A stretch of 64,000 nt of DNA from Candidatus Levyibacteriota bacterium (lineage in GTDB: Bacteria; Patescibacteriota; Microgenomatia; Levybacterales; UBA12049), in NCBI GenBank assembly GCA_043807135.1, contig JAZDGF010000003.1, forward strand, positions 72,621-136,620, written 5' to 3'. Every line of letters begins with the position of its first letter. Position 1 is the stretch's first letter. The notes beneath the pieces were generated by a model. It saw nothing but the letters and a program-made list of their open reading frames with translations, searched no databases and was not told the DNA's origin. Position numbers and translations under genes: made by a program. This document shows, piece after piece, positions 21,906 to 30,620 of the stretch.

Positions 21906-21978
21906 AGGTGCATTATATTACAAAAGAGAAAAGAGATAAACTCTAGCTTTGTTTTAAGCTCATGATATAATCAATTAG

Positions 21979-23790
21979 ATGACAGCTTTTGAAATAATTA
22001 AAAAATACATTTCATTTTTTGAAGAAAAAGAACATAAACAAATTGCAAATGCTCCTTTAGTTCCTGAAAATGACCCAACCACCCTTTTTACTTCATCAGG
22101 CATGCAACCTTTAGTTCCATATCTTTTAGGAGAGGCACATCCACAAGGAAAAAGACTTGTAAATTCTCAGGATAGTTTTAGAAGCCAAGATATTGAAGAA
22201 GTTGGCGACAATAGGCACACTACTTTTTTTAGAATGCTTGGTAATTGGTCACTGGGTAGTTACTTTAAAAAAGAACAGATCCTCTGGTTTTGGGAATTTT
22301 TGACAAAGGAATTAAAAATTCCTGCTGAAAAACTCTATGTCAGTGTATTTGAAGGAGATGAAAATATTTCAAAAGATACAGAATCTGAAGAGATTTGGAA
22401 AGAAATATTCGCAAAAGAAAGAATTGACGCTAGCGACAGAATATTTTTCTATGGAGTAAATCAAAACTGGTGGTCACGATCAGGTCCTCCAAGCAAAATG
22501 CCTGTTGGTGAACCAGGAGGGCCGGATAGTGAGGTTTTTTATGACTTTGGTGACTCCAAGGTACATGAAAAAAGCACATTTAAAGATAAAAAGTGTCACC
22601 TTAACTGTGACTGTGGAAGATACATGGAAATTGGAAATTCAGTCTTTATGGAGTTTATTAAAACAAAAGATGGATTTGACGAACTTCCGCAAAAAAATGT
22701 TGATTTTGGCGGAGGACTTGAAAGATTTTTAGCAGCAATAGAAAACCAACAAGATATTTTTAAAACCTCATTGTATTTCCCTGCTATCAAAAAAATAGAG
22801 GAATTAAGTAATAAGAAATATGATGAAGATAAACCGGCAATGCGAATTATCGCAGATCATTTAAAAGCATCTGTTTTTATCATTCTTGCAAGTGTAAAAC
22901 CATCAAATAAAGAACAGGGTTATCTTCTAAGAAGATTACTGCGGCGATCCGTTGTTAAATACCATGAATTAACAAAAAACTTTACACCTACTCAAGAGTT
23001 TAAAAAAATTGCGGAAGAAATTCTAAATATAGAAAAAGAAGTTGAACCTGAAAGAATAAATAAAGAAAGAGATCTAAAGCTTGTTGGTGAAGTTTTAGCA
23101 GATGAGCTTACACGCTTTGGCAAAAGCTTAAATAACGGACTTAAAATCATTAAAAACACAGATAAATTAACCGGCAAAGAGGCTTTTGATCTTTACCAAT
23201 CTTACGGTTTTCCACTTGAAATAACAATTGAGTTAATGGCAAAAAAGGACCAAAAAGTAAATACTGAGGAATTTAAAAAAGAATTTGAAAAACATAAGGA
23301 ACTTTCCAGAACCGCATCTTCTGGCATGTTTAAAGGAGGCTTGGCAGACTCGGGAGAACAGACTGTCATGGGACACACTGCAACCCATTTATTACACCAG
23401 GCCTTAAGAGAAGTATTAGGAGAAAAAGTAAACCAGGCAGGCTCAAATATTACAAATAAAAGGATAAGGTTTGATTTTAGCTCTGGTCAAAAACTTACCG
23501 ATGAAGAAATTAAAAAAGTTGAAAGAACAGTAAATGAAAAAATCAAAGAGAATTTGCCGATTAAATTTGAGATTATGTCACTTGAGAAAGCAAAGGAAAT
23601 TGGTGCTGCAGGAATATTTAATGAAAAATATGAAACACAGGTAAAAGTGTATTTTATAGGAAATTATTCAAAAGAAATCTGCGGTGGCCCGCATGTTGAT
23701 TTTACAGGCAAGCTAAAAAGGTTTAGAATAATAAAGCAGGAGAATATAGGACACGGATTAAAAAGAATATACGCAAAAGTAAATTTTTAA
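21979..23790 (+). CDS. alaS: Alanine--tRNA ligase, short form lacking C-Ala domain
   Basis: DPTTLFTSSGMQ, HTTFFRMLGNWS, editing HTATH...CGGPH; 603 aa. Confidence 0.97.
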   Translation: MTAFEIIKKYISFFEEKEHKQIANAPLVPENDPTTLFTSSGMQPLVPYLLGEAHPQGKRLVNSQDSFRSQDIEEVGDNRHTTFFRMLGNWSLGSYFKKEQILWFWEFLTKELKIPAEKLYVSVFEGDENISKDTESEEIWKEIFAKERIDASDRIFFYGVNQNWWSRSGPPSKMPVGEPGGPDSEVFYDFGDSKVHEKSTFKDKKCHLNCDCGRYMEIGNSVFMEFIKTKDGFDELPQKNVDFGGGLERFLAAIENQQDIFKTSLYFPAIKKIEELSNKKYDEDKPAMRIIADHLKASVFIILASVKPSNKEQGYLLRRLLRRSVVKYHELTKNFTPTQEFKKIAEEILNIEKEVEPERINKERDLKLVGEVLADELTRFGKSLNNGLKIIKNTDKLTGKEAFDLYQSYGFPLEITIELMAKKDQKVNTEEFKKEFEKHKELSRTASSGMFKGGLADSGEQTVMGHTATHLLHQALREVLGEKVNQAGSNITNKRIRFDFSSGQKLTDEEIKKVERTVNEKIKENLPIKFEIMSLEKAKEIGAAGIFNEKYETQVKVYFIGNYSKEICGGPHVDFTGKLKRFRIIKQENIGHGLKRIYAKVNF

Positions 23791-23791
23791 T

Positions 23792-26224
23792 ATGAAAATG
23801 CCTTCTCTTTCTTTTTTTGAAAAAAAAGAAAAACCACAATATTTTCTTGCTTTAATTCTAAGAGATGAAAAAGCAACAGGCGTAGTTTTTGAAACACTCT
23901 CAGGTGTTGTAAAAATTGTAGGTTCAGGAGAAGAATATTTCTCCGAATCAATAGAAGAAATCTCTATTGAGGAATTACTTGATATTTGCGATAAATCTAT
24001 TTCAAGAGCGGAAAGTTCTCTTCCTGAGAATATTGAAACCCAAAAAGCTATTTTTGCCTTAAAAGAAAATTGGGTTGAAGATAACAAGATTAAAAAAGAT
24101 TATTTAGATAAACTTAAGAAAGTAAGTGATGAATTAAGCATTGTTCCAATCGGTTTTTTAGTAACAACCGAGGCAATTGTTTCTCTTCTTCAAAAAGAAG
24201 AGGGAGCCCCAATTTCAACCATTTTTGCCCAAATCAGTAAAGAAAATGCTATTGTTTCCCTAGTAAAGGCAAGCAAAGTTTTAGAAGCAAAAGCATCTAA
24301 AATTCATGAATCTGCCAGTTTTACCGTTGATACTTTACTTAAACACTTTGAAGTTCCAGAAATTCTACCTTCAAGAGTTATAATTTTTACAGATCAGGAA
24401 AAAGAACTTTCCCAGGAATTTATTAAACATCAGTGGAGCAAGAGCTTGTCTTTTCTTCATCTCCCTCAAGTTCTAACTCTTCCGTCAAATTATGATATTA
24501 AAGCAGTTATAAATGGGTCTGCAAAACAAATGGGACTTGCTGTTTCACCAGTCCTTATGGATTATAAAAGTTCAGACGATATTCCCGAACTTACAAAAGA
24601 AACTACCCATAAAGAAACCGAAGAGGAAAAGCCAAAAGAGGAAAACTCTGAGGAGAATGAAGAGGCAAAAGAAGCAAATGAAGAAGAAGTAAAAATTCCT
24701 GATGGGGAAAAAACAATTGAAGATAAGATTCATGAAGAACAGTCCTTTCCTTCCGAACACTTTGGATTTGGAGCAGCAGATATTGCAAAAATAGAACCAA
24801 AAGAAGTAGATCATAAAATTGAAAAGACAGAAAAGAAAGAAAGTGGAAAAGAAGATGACGAGTTAAAGATTGAAACAATTTCAAAAGAGGAAACAAAAGT
24901 AGAACCAAAACTTGCCATAATTGAAGACGATACAAAAAAATCATTCCCCGAATTTCCCGAAGAAAGGAAAAAAGATAGTTCTTCTCCATTAAGATTCTTA
25001 GGAAGCTTTGCATTTATTGGAGGATCTGCTTTTGCAAGTATAAAAAGCGTTGCAAGATCTATTATTAATTTTCTTCCCATTATTAGAGGAAACAAGATAC
25101 TTTTAATCCCCGGCATTGTAATTATACTCTTAATTGTATTTTTCATTTATTATTTATTTGCTCTTAGGGCAAATATTATTTTAAGTGTTGACCCAAAAAT
25201 TGAAGAAACTAAACAATCGGCAACATTTTCTACCTCCTCTTCAACGGACGTTGAAAAAAATCTTATTTCAGGTGAATTTGTAACTATTTCTGAAGAAGGG
25301 TCAACAACAATAACTACCAGCGGTAAAAAAGAAATTGGAGAAGCTGCTAAGGGGAAAATAACTTTATACAGCCGTTTTACAAAAGAGACAACTATTAAAT
25401 CAGGAATAGTAATTTCTGCTCCAAACGATTTGGAGTTTACTGTAGATGATTCCATTAAGATTGCATCCGCGTCTGCAGACGCAAGTGCTGAGCCAACTAC
25501 TGCAACCATTCTGGTTACTGCCAAAAAAATAGGAAAAGAGTATAACTTACCTGCCGGAACAAAGTTTTCGGTCGAAGATTTAAGCACAGGAGATATTATC
25601 GGAAAAAATGATGACCCTCTGTCAGGAGGAAATAAAAAAGAGGTAACTGTTGTCTCAGAAGAAGATATTACCCGCGCAGAACAAGATCTTATTAAAGAAC
25701 TTGAAAATAAAGCAAAGGATGAGCTTAACAATAGAATTGCGACCGATAAAATCCTCCTTCCCGTTTTTGCAGACGCAAGTGTTTCCAAAGCAGATTTTAG
25801 CAAAGATGTTGACGACGAATCAGATAAATTAACTATTACAGGAACCGTTGACTATCAAGCACTCTCCTATAAAAAAGACGACCTTGTCTCGTTTGCAAAA
25901 TTACTTTTAAAAAGCAAAATTCCAGAAGGTCTTACCATTACTGAGGATAATATTAACGTAGAAGTAAAAGACAGCAAAAAAAAAGGAGACGATGAAATTT
26001 CTGCAAACTTAAATATTAAAGCCGCACTTTTACCTAAGATTGATCAAGAAAAAATGGTTAAAGAAGTTGCCGGTAAATCAGTTTCAGATGCTGAAAAAAT
26101 GTTTAAAGATCTTCCTCAAGTAACAAACATTACTACAAGTCTTTTTCCAAGACTTCCTTTTATTCCAAAATACCTGCCTAGAGATCCTAATAAGATAAAA
26201 GTTACACTAGATATTAATGGCTAA
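23792..26224 (+). CDS. Bitopic membrane protein: degenerate FtsA/PilM-like N-terminus, acidic linker, TM helix, baseplate-J-like extracellular region
   Basis: 810-aa ORF; one strong TM (ILLIPGIVIILLIVFFIYYLF); AAKGKITLY, VTAKKIGKEYNLPAGTKF, LSGGNKKEVTVVSEED resemble baseplate-J-like segments; fold calls by eye. Confidence 0.6.
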   Translation: MKMPSLSFFEKKEKPQYFLALILRDEKATGVVFETLSGVVKIVGSGEEYFSESIEEISIEELLDICDKSISRAESSLPENIETQKAIFALKENWVEDNKIKKDYLDKLKKVSDELSIVPIGFLVTTEAIVSLLQKEEGAPISTIFAQISKENAIVSLVKASKVLEAKASKIHESASFTVDTLLKHFEVPEILPSRVIIFTDQEKELSQEFIKHQWSKSLSFLHLPQVLTLPSNYDIKAVINGSAKQMGLAVSPVLMDYKSSDDIPELTKETTHKETEEEKPKEENSEENEEAKEANEEEVKIPDGEKTIEDKIHEEQSFPSEHFGFGAADIAKIEPKEVDHKIEKTEKKESGKEDDELKIETISKEETKVEPKLAIIEDDTKKSFPEFPEERKKDSSSPLRFLGSFAFIGGSAFASIKSVARSIINFLPIIRGNKILLIPGIVIILLIVFFIYYLFALRANIILSVDPKIEETKQSATFSTSSSTDVEKNLISGEFVTISEEGSTTITTSGKKEIGEAAKGKITLYSRFTKETTIKSGIVISAPNDLEFTVDDSIKIASASADASAEPTTATILVTAKKIGKEYNLPAGTKFSVEDLSTGDIIGKNDDPLSGGNKKEVTVVSEEDITRAEQDLIKELENKAKDELNNRIATDKILLPVFADASVSKADFSKDVDDESDKLTITGTVDYQALSYKKDDLVSFAKLLLKSKIPEGLTITEDNINVEVKDSKKKGDDEISANLNIKAALLPKIDQEKMVKEVAGKSVSDAEKMFKDLPQVTNITTSLFPRLPFIPKYLPRDPNKIKVTLDING

Positions 26225-26939
26225 ATATTATAAAAAGTCTTCTCTAAATTTTAAAAAAATATCTAAGCTCATAAGTCTTCTTATGATAGTTGTTGGTGGT
26301 TTTATTATAATTTATATATTTTTCCCGTTAATTTCCTGGCAAATATATTTTGCTAATGCTTTTACCAATCCCGAACTTACAACTCCCATTCCGAAAGCAA
26401 CAGTTATAAATAGTTCAACTATTGCAAGCTTAATTACTCAAGCATCAAATGTTTTTACTCAAGCTGATTACACAAATGCTGAGACTTGGTTTCCAAACAT
26501 TAAGTTTCAAAAACAACACCAAGATATTCAAACCTATGCTTTAAGTATTCAAAAATTAAAAATTGAAAATGCTGTTGTTTCAACAATTGATACTGATTTG
26601 TCAGCTCACCTTGTAAATTACGGAGGGACCGCAATCCCACCGCAAAAAGGAGCAGCAGTGGTTTTTGGACACTCAACTCTTCCCCAATGGTTTAATCCAA
26701 AAGACTACAAAACAATTTTTGCGACTCTTCATGAATTACGAGTCGGAGATGAAATAAAAGTAAATGTTTCAAATCTTACTTTTATTTATAAGGTTTATAA
26801 TATTTCCGTTGTGGAGTCATCGGATGTTTCTATGTTTGAACAAAGATATGACGACTCATATCTTACTCTTGTTACCTGTACTCCTCCTGGAACAATCTGG
26901 AAAAGACTTATAATAAGAGCAAGGCTTGATAAGGTTTAA
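26217..26939 (+). CDS. Sortase
   Basis: N-terminal TM; catalytic His (FGHS), TLVTC and downstream Arg (KRLII). Confidence 0.92.
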   Translation: MAKYYKKSSLNFKKISKLISLLMIVVGGFIIIYIFFPLISWQIYFANAFTNPELTTPIPKATVINSSTIASLITQASNVFTQADYTNAETWFPNIKFQKQHQDIQTYALSIQKLKIENAVVSTIDTDLSAHLVNYGGTAIPPQKGAAVVFGHSTLPQWFNPKDYKTIFATLHELRVGDEIKVNVSNLTFIYKVYNISVVESSDVSMFEQRYDDSYLTLVTCTPPGTIWKRLIIRARLDKV

Positions 26940-26941
26940 TT

Positions 26942-27082
26942 ATGGAAGAAAGTTCTTTTAAAAGATTTTTAATTAAGATTTGGCCAACAATTTACAGAGT
27001 AATAAATACTCTTGTCTATGCCCTTTTAAACTTTTTAAAATCCGCTGTTTCCCAAAGCATAGAACAATTAAAAGGTAAATAA
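26942..27082 (+). CDS. Putative 46-aa amphipathic small protein (not in ORF track)
   Basis: MEESSFKRFLIKIWPTIYRVINTLVYALLNFLKSAVSQSIEQLKGK; fills the gap with 2- and 3-nt spacers. Confidence 0.7.
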   Translation: MEESSFKRFLIKIWPTIYRVINTLVYALLNFLKSAVSQSIEQLKGK

Positions 27083-27085
27083 ATT

Positions 27086-28360
27086 ATGGAAGAAAAAAAA
27101 TTAGCACTTAAGGCAATTCAAAAAAAATTAGTTGGTAAAAGACTTAGTTATAAAGAAATATTTGCCATTATGAATCAGATTTCAAATGAAGAATTAGGCG
27201 ATATTTTAACCACCTATTTTGCTGCATCCGGCTATTCTAAAGGCTTTACTAATAAAGAACTTTTTTATCTTACAAAAGCCATGGTTGAAACAGGGGATAA
27301 ATTGAAATTTGAAGGAATTGTTGCTGATAAACATTCCATAGGAGGTGTTCCTGGAACCAGAACAACCCCAATTATTGTCGCTATTATCGCAACAGCTGGA
27401 TTTAAAATTCCTAAAAGCTCTTCTAGGGCAATTACTTCTCCTGACGGAACTGCAGATGACATGGAAGTACTTGCCCCAGTAATTCTTAAAAAAGAAAAAA
27501 TTTATGAAGTAGTTAGAAAAACTAATGGATGCATTGTTTGGGGAGGAAGCTTTAATCTTGCTCCTGCAGACGACATTATTATTCAAGTAGAAAAGCCGCT
27601 TCTATTTGAAAGTTATGATAAAATTTTAGTTTCAATTATGGCCAAAAAGATTGCGTTCGGAGCAACTCACGTTGTTATTGATCTTCCATATGGAGAAACC
27701 GTTAAAGTGCACACTTTACGTGATGCGGAAATTATTAAAGATAAATTTATATTTCTTGCAAAACAATTTAAGATAAAAATAAAAGTAATGATTCACAAAA
27801 CAGAAGAGCCGGCAGGACGGGGGGTTGGGCCAATTTTAGAAATTCAAGAAGTCTTAAAAATTTTACAGCAAAAGAAAAACAGACCACTAGATTTAGAGGT
27901 AAGAAGTTTAAATATTGCAGGAACACTTTTAGAATTATGCTTAAAGGATTCTCCTAAAAAATTAAGAGAAGGTGTTAAAAGACACTACGGAAATGCATTT
28001 GGCTGGGCAACTTCAATTCTTAAAAGTGGTAACGCTTTTAAGAAATTCCAAGAAATTATTAAAGCACAGGGAGGAGATCCCAATATAGACAGTGAAAAAC
28101 TTAAACCTGGGAAATATACATATAAAGTAAAGGCAAAAAAAAGCGGGGCAGTTAAAAAGTTTAATATTAAAAACCTTACAAGTGTTGCAAAAATTCTTGG
28201 TGCACCAACCGAAAAAGCAGCAGGAATTTATTTAGATAAAAAGCTTAATGAAAAGGTTGAAAAAGGAGAGACAATCTGTACTTTATACAGTCAAAGCGTG
28301 TATAATCTAAAAGAAGGAAAAGATTCAATAAGAAACTTTCCAATTACTAATTTAGAATGA
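27086..28360 (+). CDS. AMP phosphorylase / thymidine phosphorylase family protein (archaeal-type motifs)
   Basis: DKHSIGGVPG, KSSSRAITSPDGTADDMEVLAPV, WGGSFNLAPADD, SIMAKK. Confidence 0.9.
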   Translation: MEEKKLALKAIQKKLVGKRLSYKEIFAIMNQISNEELGDILTTYFAASGYSKGFTNKELFYLTKAMVETGDKLKFEGIVADKHSIGGVPGTRTTPIIVAIIATAGFKIPKSSSRAITSPDGTADDMEVLAPVILKKEKIYEVVRKTNGCIVWGGSFNLAPADDIIIQVEKPLLFESYDKILVSIMAKKIAFGATHVVIDLPYGETVKVHTLRDAEIIKDKFIFLAKQFKIKIKVMIHKTEEPAGRGVGPILEIQEVLKILQQKKNRPLDLEVRSLNIAGTLLELCLKDSPKKLREGVKRHYGNAFGWATSILKSGNAFKKFQEIIKAQGGDPNIDSEKLKPGKYTYKVKAKKSGAVKKFNIKNLTSVAKILGAPTEKAAGIYLDKKLNEKVEKGETICTLYSQSVYNLKEGKDSIRNFPITNLE

Positions 28361-29316
28361 AAAGAATAATTGTTGCTTTTGTTTTAGTACTTGCTATATC
28401 GGTGCTAACAACTCTTTGGTGGAAAAATAACAGCCTGCCGGTTAATTCTCAAGATAAAACTCAAAAAATATTTGTTGTTCAAAAAGGACAAGGGGTTAGA
28501 GAAATTTCTTCAAAGCTTAAAAAAGAAAATTTAATTAAAGATTCTATTGTATTTTTTATTATTACTAAAAGATACGGTTATGACAAAAAGATTGAAGCAG
28601 GAGATTTTAGATTAAGCCCTTCAATGGCTACAAGAGAAATTGCCGAAAAACTTACTCATGGAACATTAGATGTATGGGTAATAATTCCTGAAGGAAAAAG
28701 AGCAGAAGAAGTCGCAGAGATTCTTGAAGAGAAAGTTCCTTCTTATGAGGATACCTGGATTAATGATTTAAAAGAACATGAAGGATATCTTTTTCCAGAT
28801 ACTTATCTTTTCCCAAAAGATGCAGACATTGATTTAATAATCTCAATCATGAAGAATAATTTTGAAAGTAAATTTAATAGTGTAAAGAATTCAAAAACAA
28901 CCAACCTAACAGAAAATGAAACTATTACTCTTGCATCCCTTGTTGAACGCGAAGCAAAAGCAGATGTTGATAGACCGCTGATTGCAAGCGTCATTTATAA
29001 CAGGTTGAATATCGGAATGAAGCTTGATATTGATGCCACTCTTCAATACATGCTTGGATATCAAGAAGCTGAAAAAAGATGGTGGAAAAAAGCCTTAACT
29101 AATGATGATAAAAAAATAAATTCTCCCTTTAATACTTATACAAATCCGGGGCTTCCTCCAAGACCTATTTCAAACCCAGGCATTGCAAGTATTAAGGCAG
29201 CACTAAATCCTGCAAGCACCAATTATCTTTTTTATATTTCTGACGCAAGTGGAAAAAACCGTTATGGAGAAACAATTGAAGAACACCATGCAAATATTAG
29301 AAACTACGGGTTATAA
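28357..29316 (+). CDS. mltG: Endolytic transglycosylase MltG (YceG family)
   Basis: N-terminal TM, IPEG, EGYLFPDTY, LASLVEREA, GLPPRPISNPG. Confidence 0.95.
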   Translation: MKRIIVAFVLVLAISVLTTLWWKNNSLPVNSQDKTQKIFVVQKGQGVREISSKLKKENLIKDSIVFFIITKRYGYDKKIEAGDFRLSPSMATREIAEKLTHGTLDVWVIIPEGKRAEEVAEILEEKVPSYEDTWINDLKEHEGYLFPDTYLFPKDADIDLIISIMKNNFESKFNSVKNSKTTNLTENETITLASLVEREAKADVDRPLIASVIYNRLNIGMKLDIDATLQYMLGYQEAEKRWWKKALTNDDKKINSPFNTYTNPGLPPRPISNPGIASIKAALNPASTNYLFYISDASGKNRYGETIEEHHANIRNYGL

Positions 29317-29321
29317 GCGAA

Positions 29322-29678
29322 TTATTTACTTCGTTTAAAGAATCTGCGGATTTTTTTAACTTTGGGTTTTTCTTCTATTTCCTCTTCCTCTTTTTCCAAC
29401 TCTTCGGTTTCTTCTAGCTCCTCTTCTTTGTCTTCTTTATCTAAATCTTCTGCTATTTTTACCTTATCTTTCTTAACTTTTTTTTCTTTTTCCTCTTGTT
29501 TTTCTTCGTAATTTTCGAGAATATTTGTAATGTTATCCAAACCCTCTTCTGAAATTAATTTCAAAATTCTTTTACCTTTTTTTGTTGCCAGAAGAAAGAC
29601 TATTACTCCTCCTACTATTAAACCTAATAGGAAACCGTTAAAAAACTTATTATCATGACGGGAATTATTATTTTGCAT
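29322..29678 (-). CDS. YtxH-like protein
   Basis: FLLGLIVGGVIVFLLATKKGK followed by acidic helix; likely start ATG 29678. Confidence 0.65.
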   Translation of the reverse strand: MQNNNSRHDNKFFNGFLLGLIVGGVIVFLLATKKGKRILKLISEEGLDNITNILENYEEKQEEKEKKVKKDKVKIAEDLDKEDKEEELEETEELEKEEEEIEEKPKVKKIRRFFKRSK

Positions 29679-29685
29679 AAGGCAG

Positions 29686-29946
29686 TTATTTTGAATTTTC
29701 TTTTTTCTTAAAGTATTTGGCAATCGTTGCTCCTGTTTTAAGTCCTGTTACAAGAGTCGAAAGAGATGAAATTGGCCCTGAAACACTTTCAGTTATATTT
29801 CCGGTGTTATCTAATACTTTATTCGCTTTTTTTAAAGTCTGTCTAAGCTCACGAAGGATAAAATATACTTGAACTCCTAAAATGATTACGAGAATTGTTA
29901 AAATAAGGATTACTAAAAATAGTGCAATCTGAGCAGGATCTATCAT
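29686..29946 (-). CDS. Membrane-anchored helical protein, DUF948/YtxG-like
   Basis: N-terminal TM then LRQTLKKANKVLDN helix; paired with YtxH-like gene. Confidence 0.55.
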   Translation of the reverse strand: MIDPAQIALFLVILILTILVIILGVQVYFILRELRQTLKKANKVLDNTGNITESVSGPISSLSTLVTGLKTGATIAKYFKKKENSK

Positions 29947-29986
29947 ATAACTAAGTTAGCTTAAATAAGATTTTATGTCAAGGGTT

Positions 29987-30619
29987 TTATTTTATTTCTA
30001 TAGTTCTTTCAACAACGGTTTGCCTTCCAAATTTATTAGTTACTTTTATTTCAATTATTGTTTTCCCCGGAAATACATTTATTACTTTTCTAAATTCTCC
30101 ATCAGGATCAACCGAAGCCGAAAACTCTTCAATCATAACAGTTGCATTTGGATCAGTTTTTCCTAAAACAGTAACTTTTGTTGATTTAACAATTGTATTA
30201 TCTTCAGGACTTATGATATAAACTGAGGGTCCAAAAACCGCAGATCTATATTGATATCCAATAAAACCTAAAACTACTGCAAAAATTAAAAATATATAAA
30301 GAAAAGATTGCTTAATTCGCAGCCTAGAAGGAGAGTATTCTTTATTTTTTGTAAATCCTTGAGGCAAAACCCCATAATGTTTTTTTTCATCAAATTCTCT
30401 TCTAAATAATGCAAGTGTTTCCTTTTCAGGAAGCCCTAAAAATCTTGCATAATTTCTAACAAACCCATGTGCATATGTAACTGAGGGAAGTTTTGAATAA
30501 TCCCCTTTTTCTATTGCAGATAAAAAATTTGCCCTTATTTTTGTTCCTTGTGCAACTTCTTCAAGGGTTAGTCCTTTACTAAGTCTTTTTTCCTGAAGCC
30601 TTTGTCCTGCTTTAATCAT
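29987..30619 (-). CDS. RodZ-like HTH-TM protein with C-terminal Ig-like domain
   Basis: LSAIEKGDYSKLP...YAHGFVRNYARFLGL, TM, beta-rich C-terminus; directly after ftsK. Confidence 0.8.
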   Translation of the reverse strand: MIKAGQRLQEKRLSKGLTLEEVAQGTKIRANFLSAIEKGDYSKLPSVTYAHGFVRNYARFLGLPEKETLALFRREFDEKKHYGVLPQGFTKNKEYSPSRLRIKQSFLYIFLIFAVVLGFIGYQYRSAVFGPSVYIISPEDNTIVKSTKVTVLGKTDPNATVMIEEFSASVDPDGEFRKVINVFPGKTIIEIKVTNKFGRQTVVERTIEIK

Positions 30620-30620
30620 T

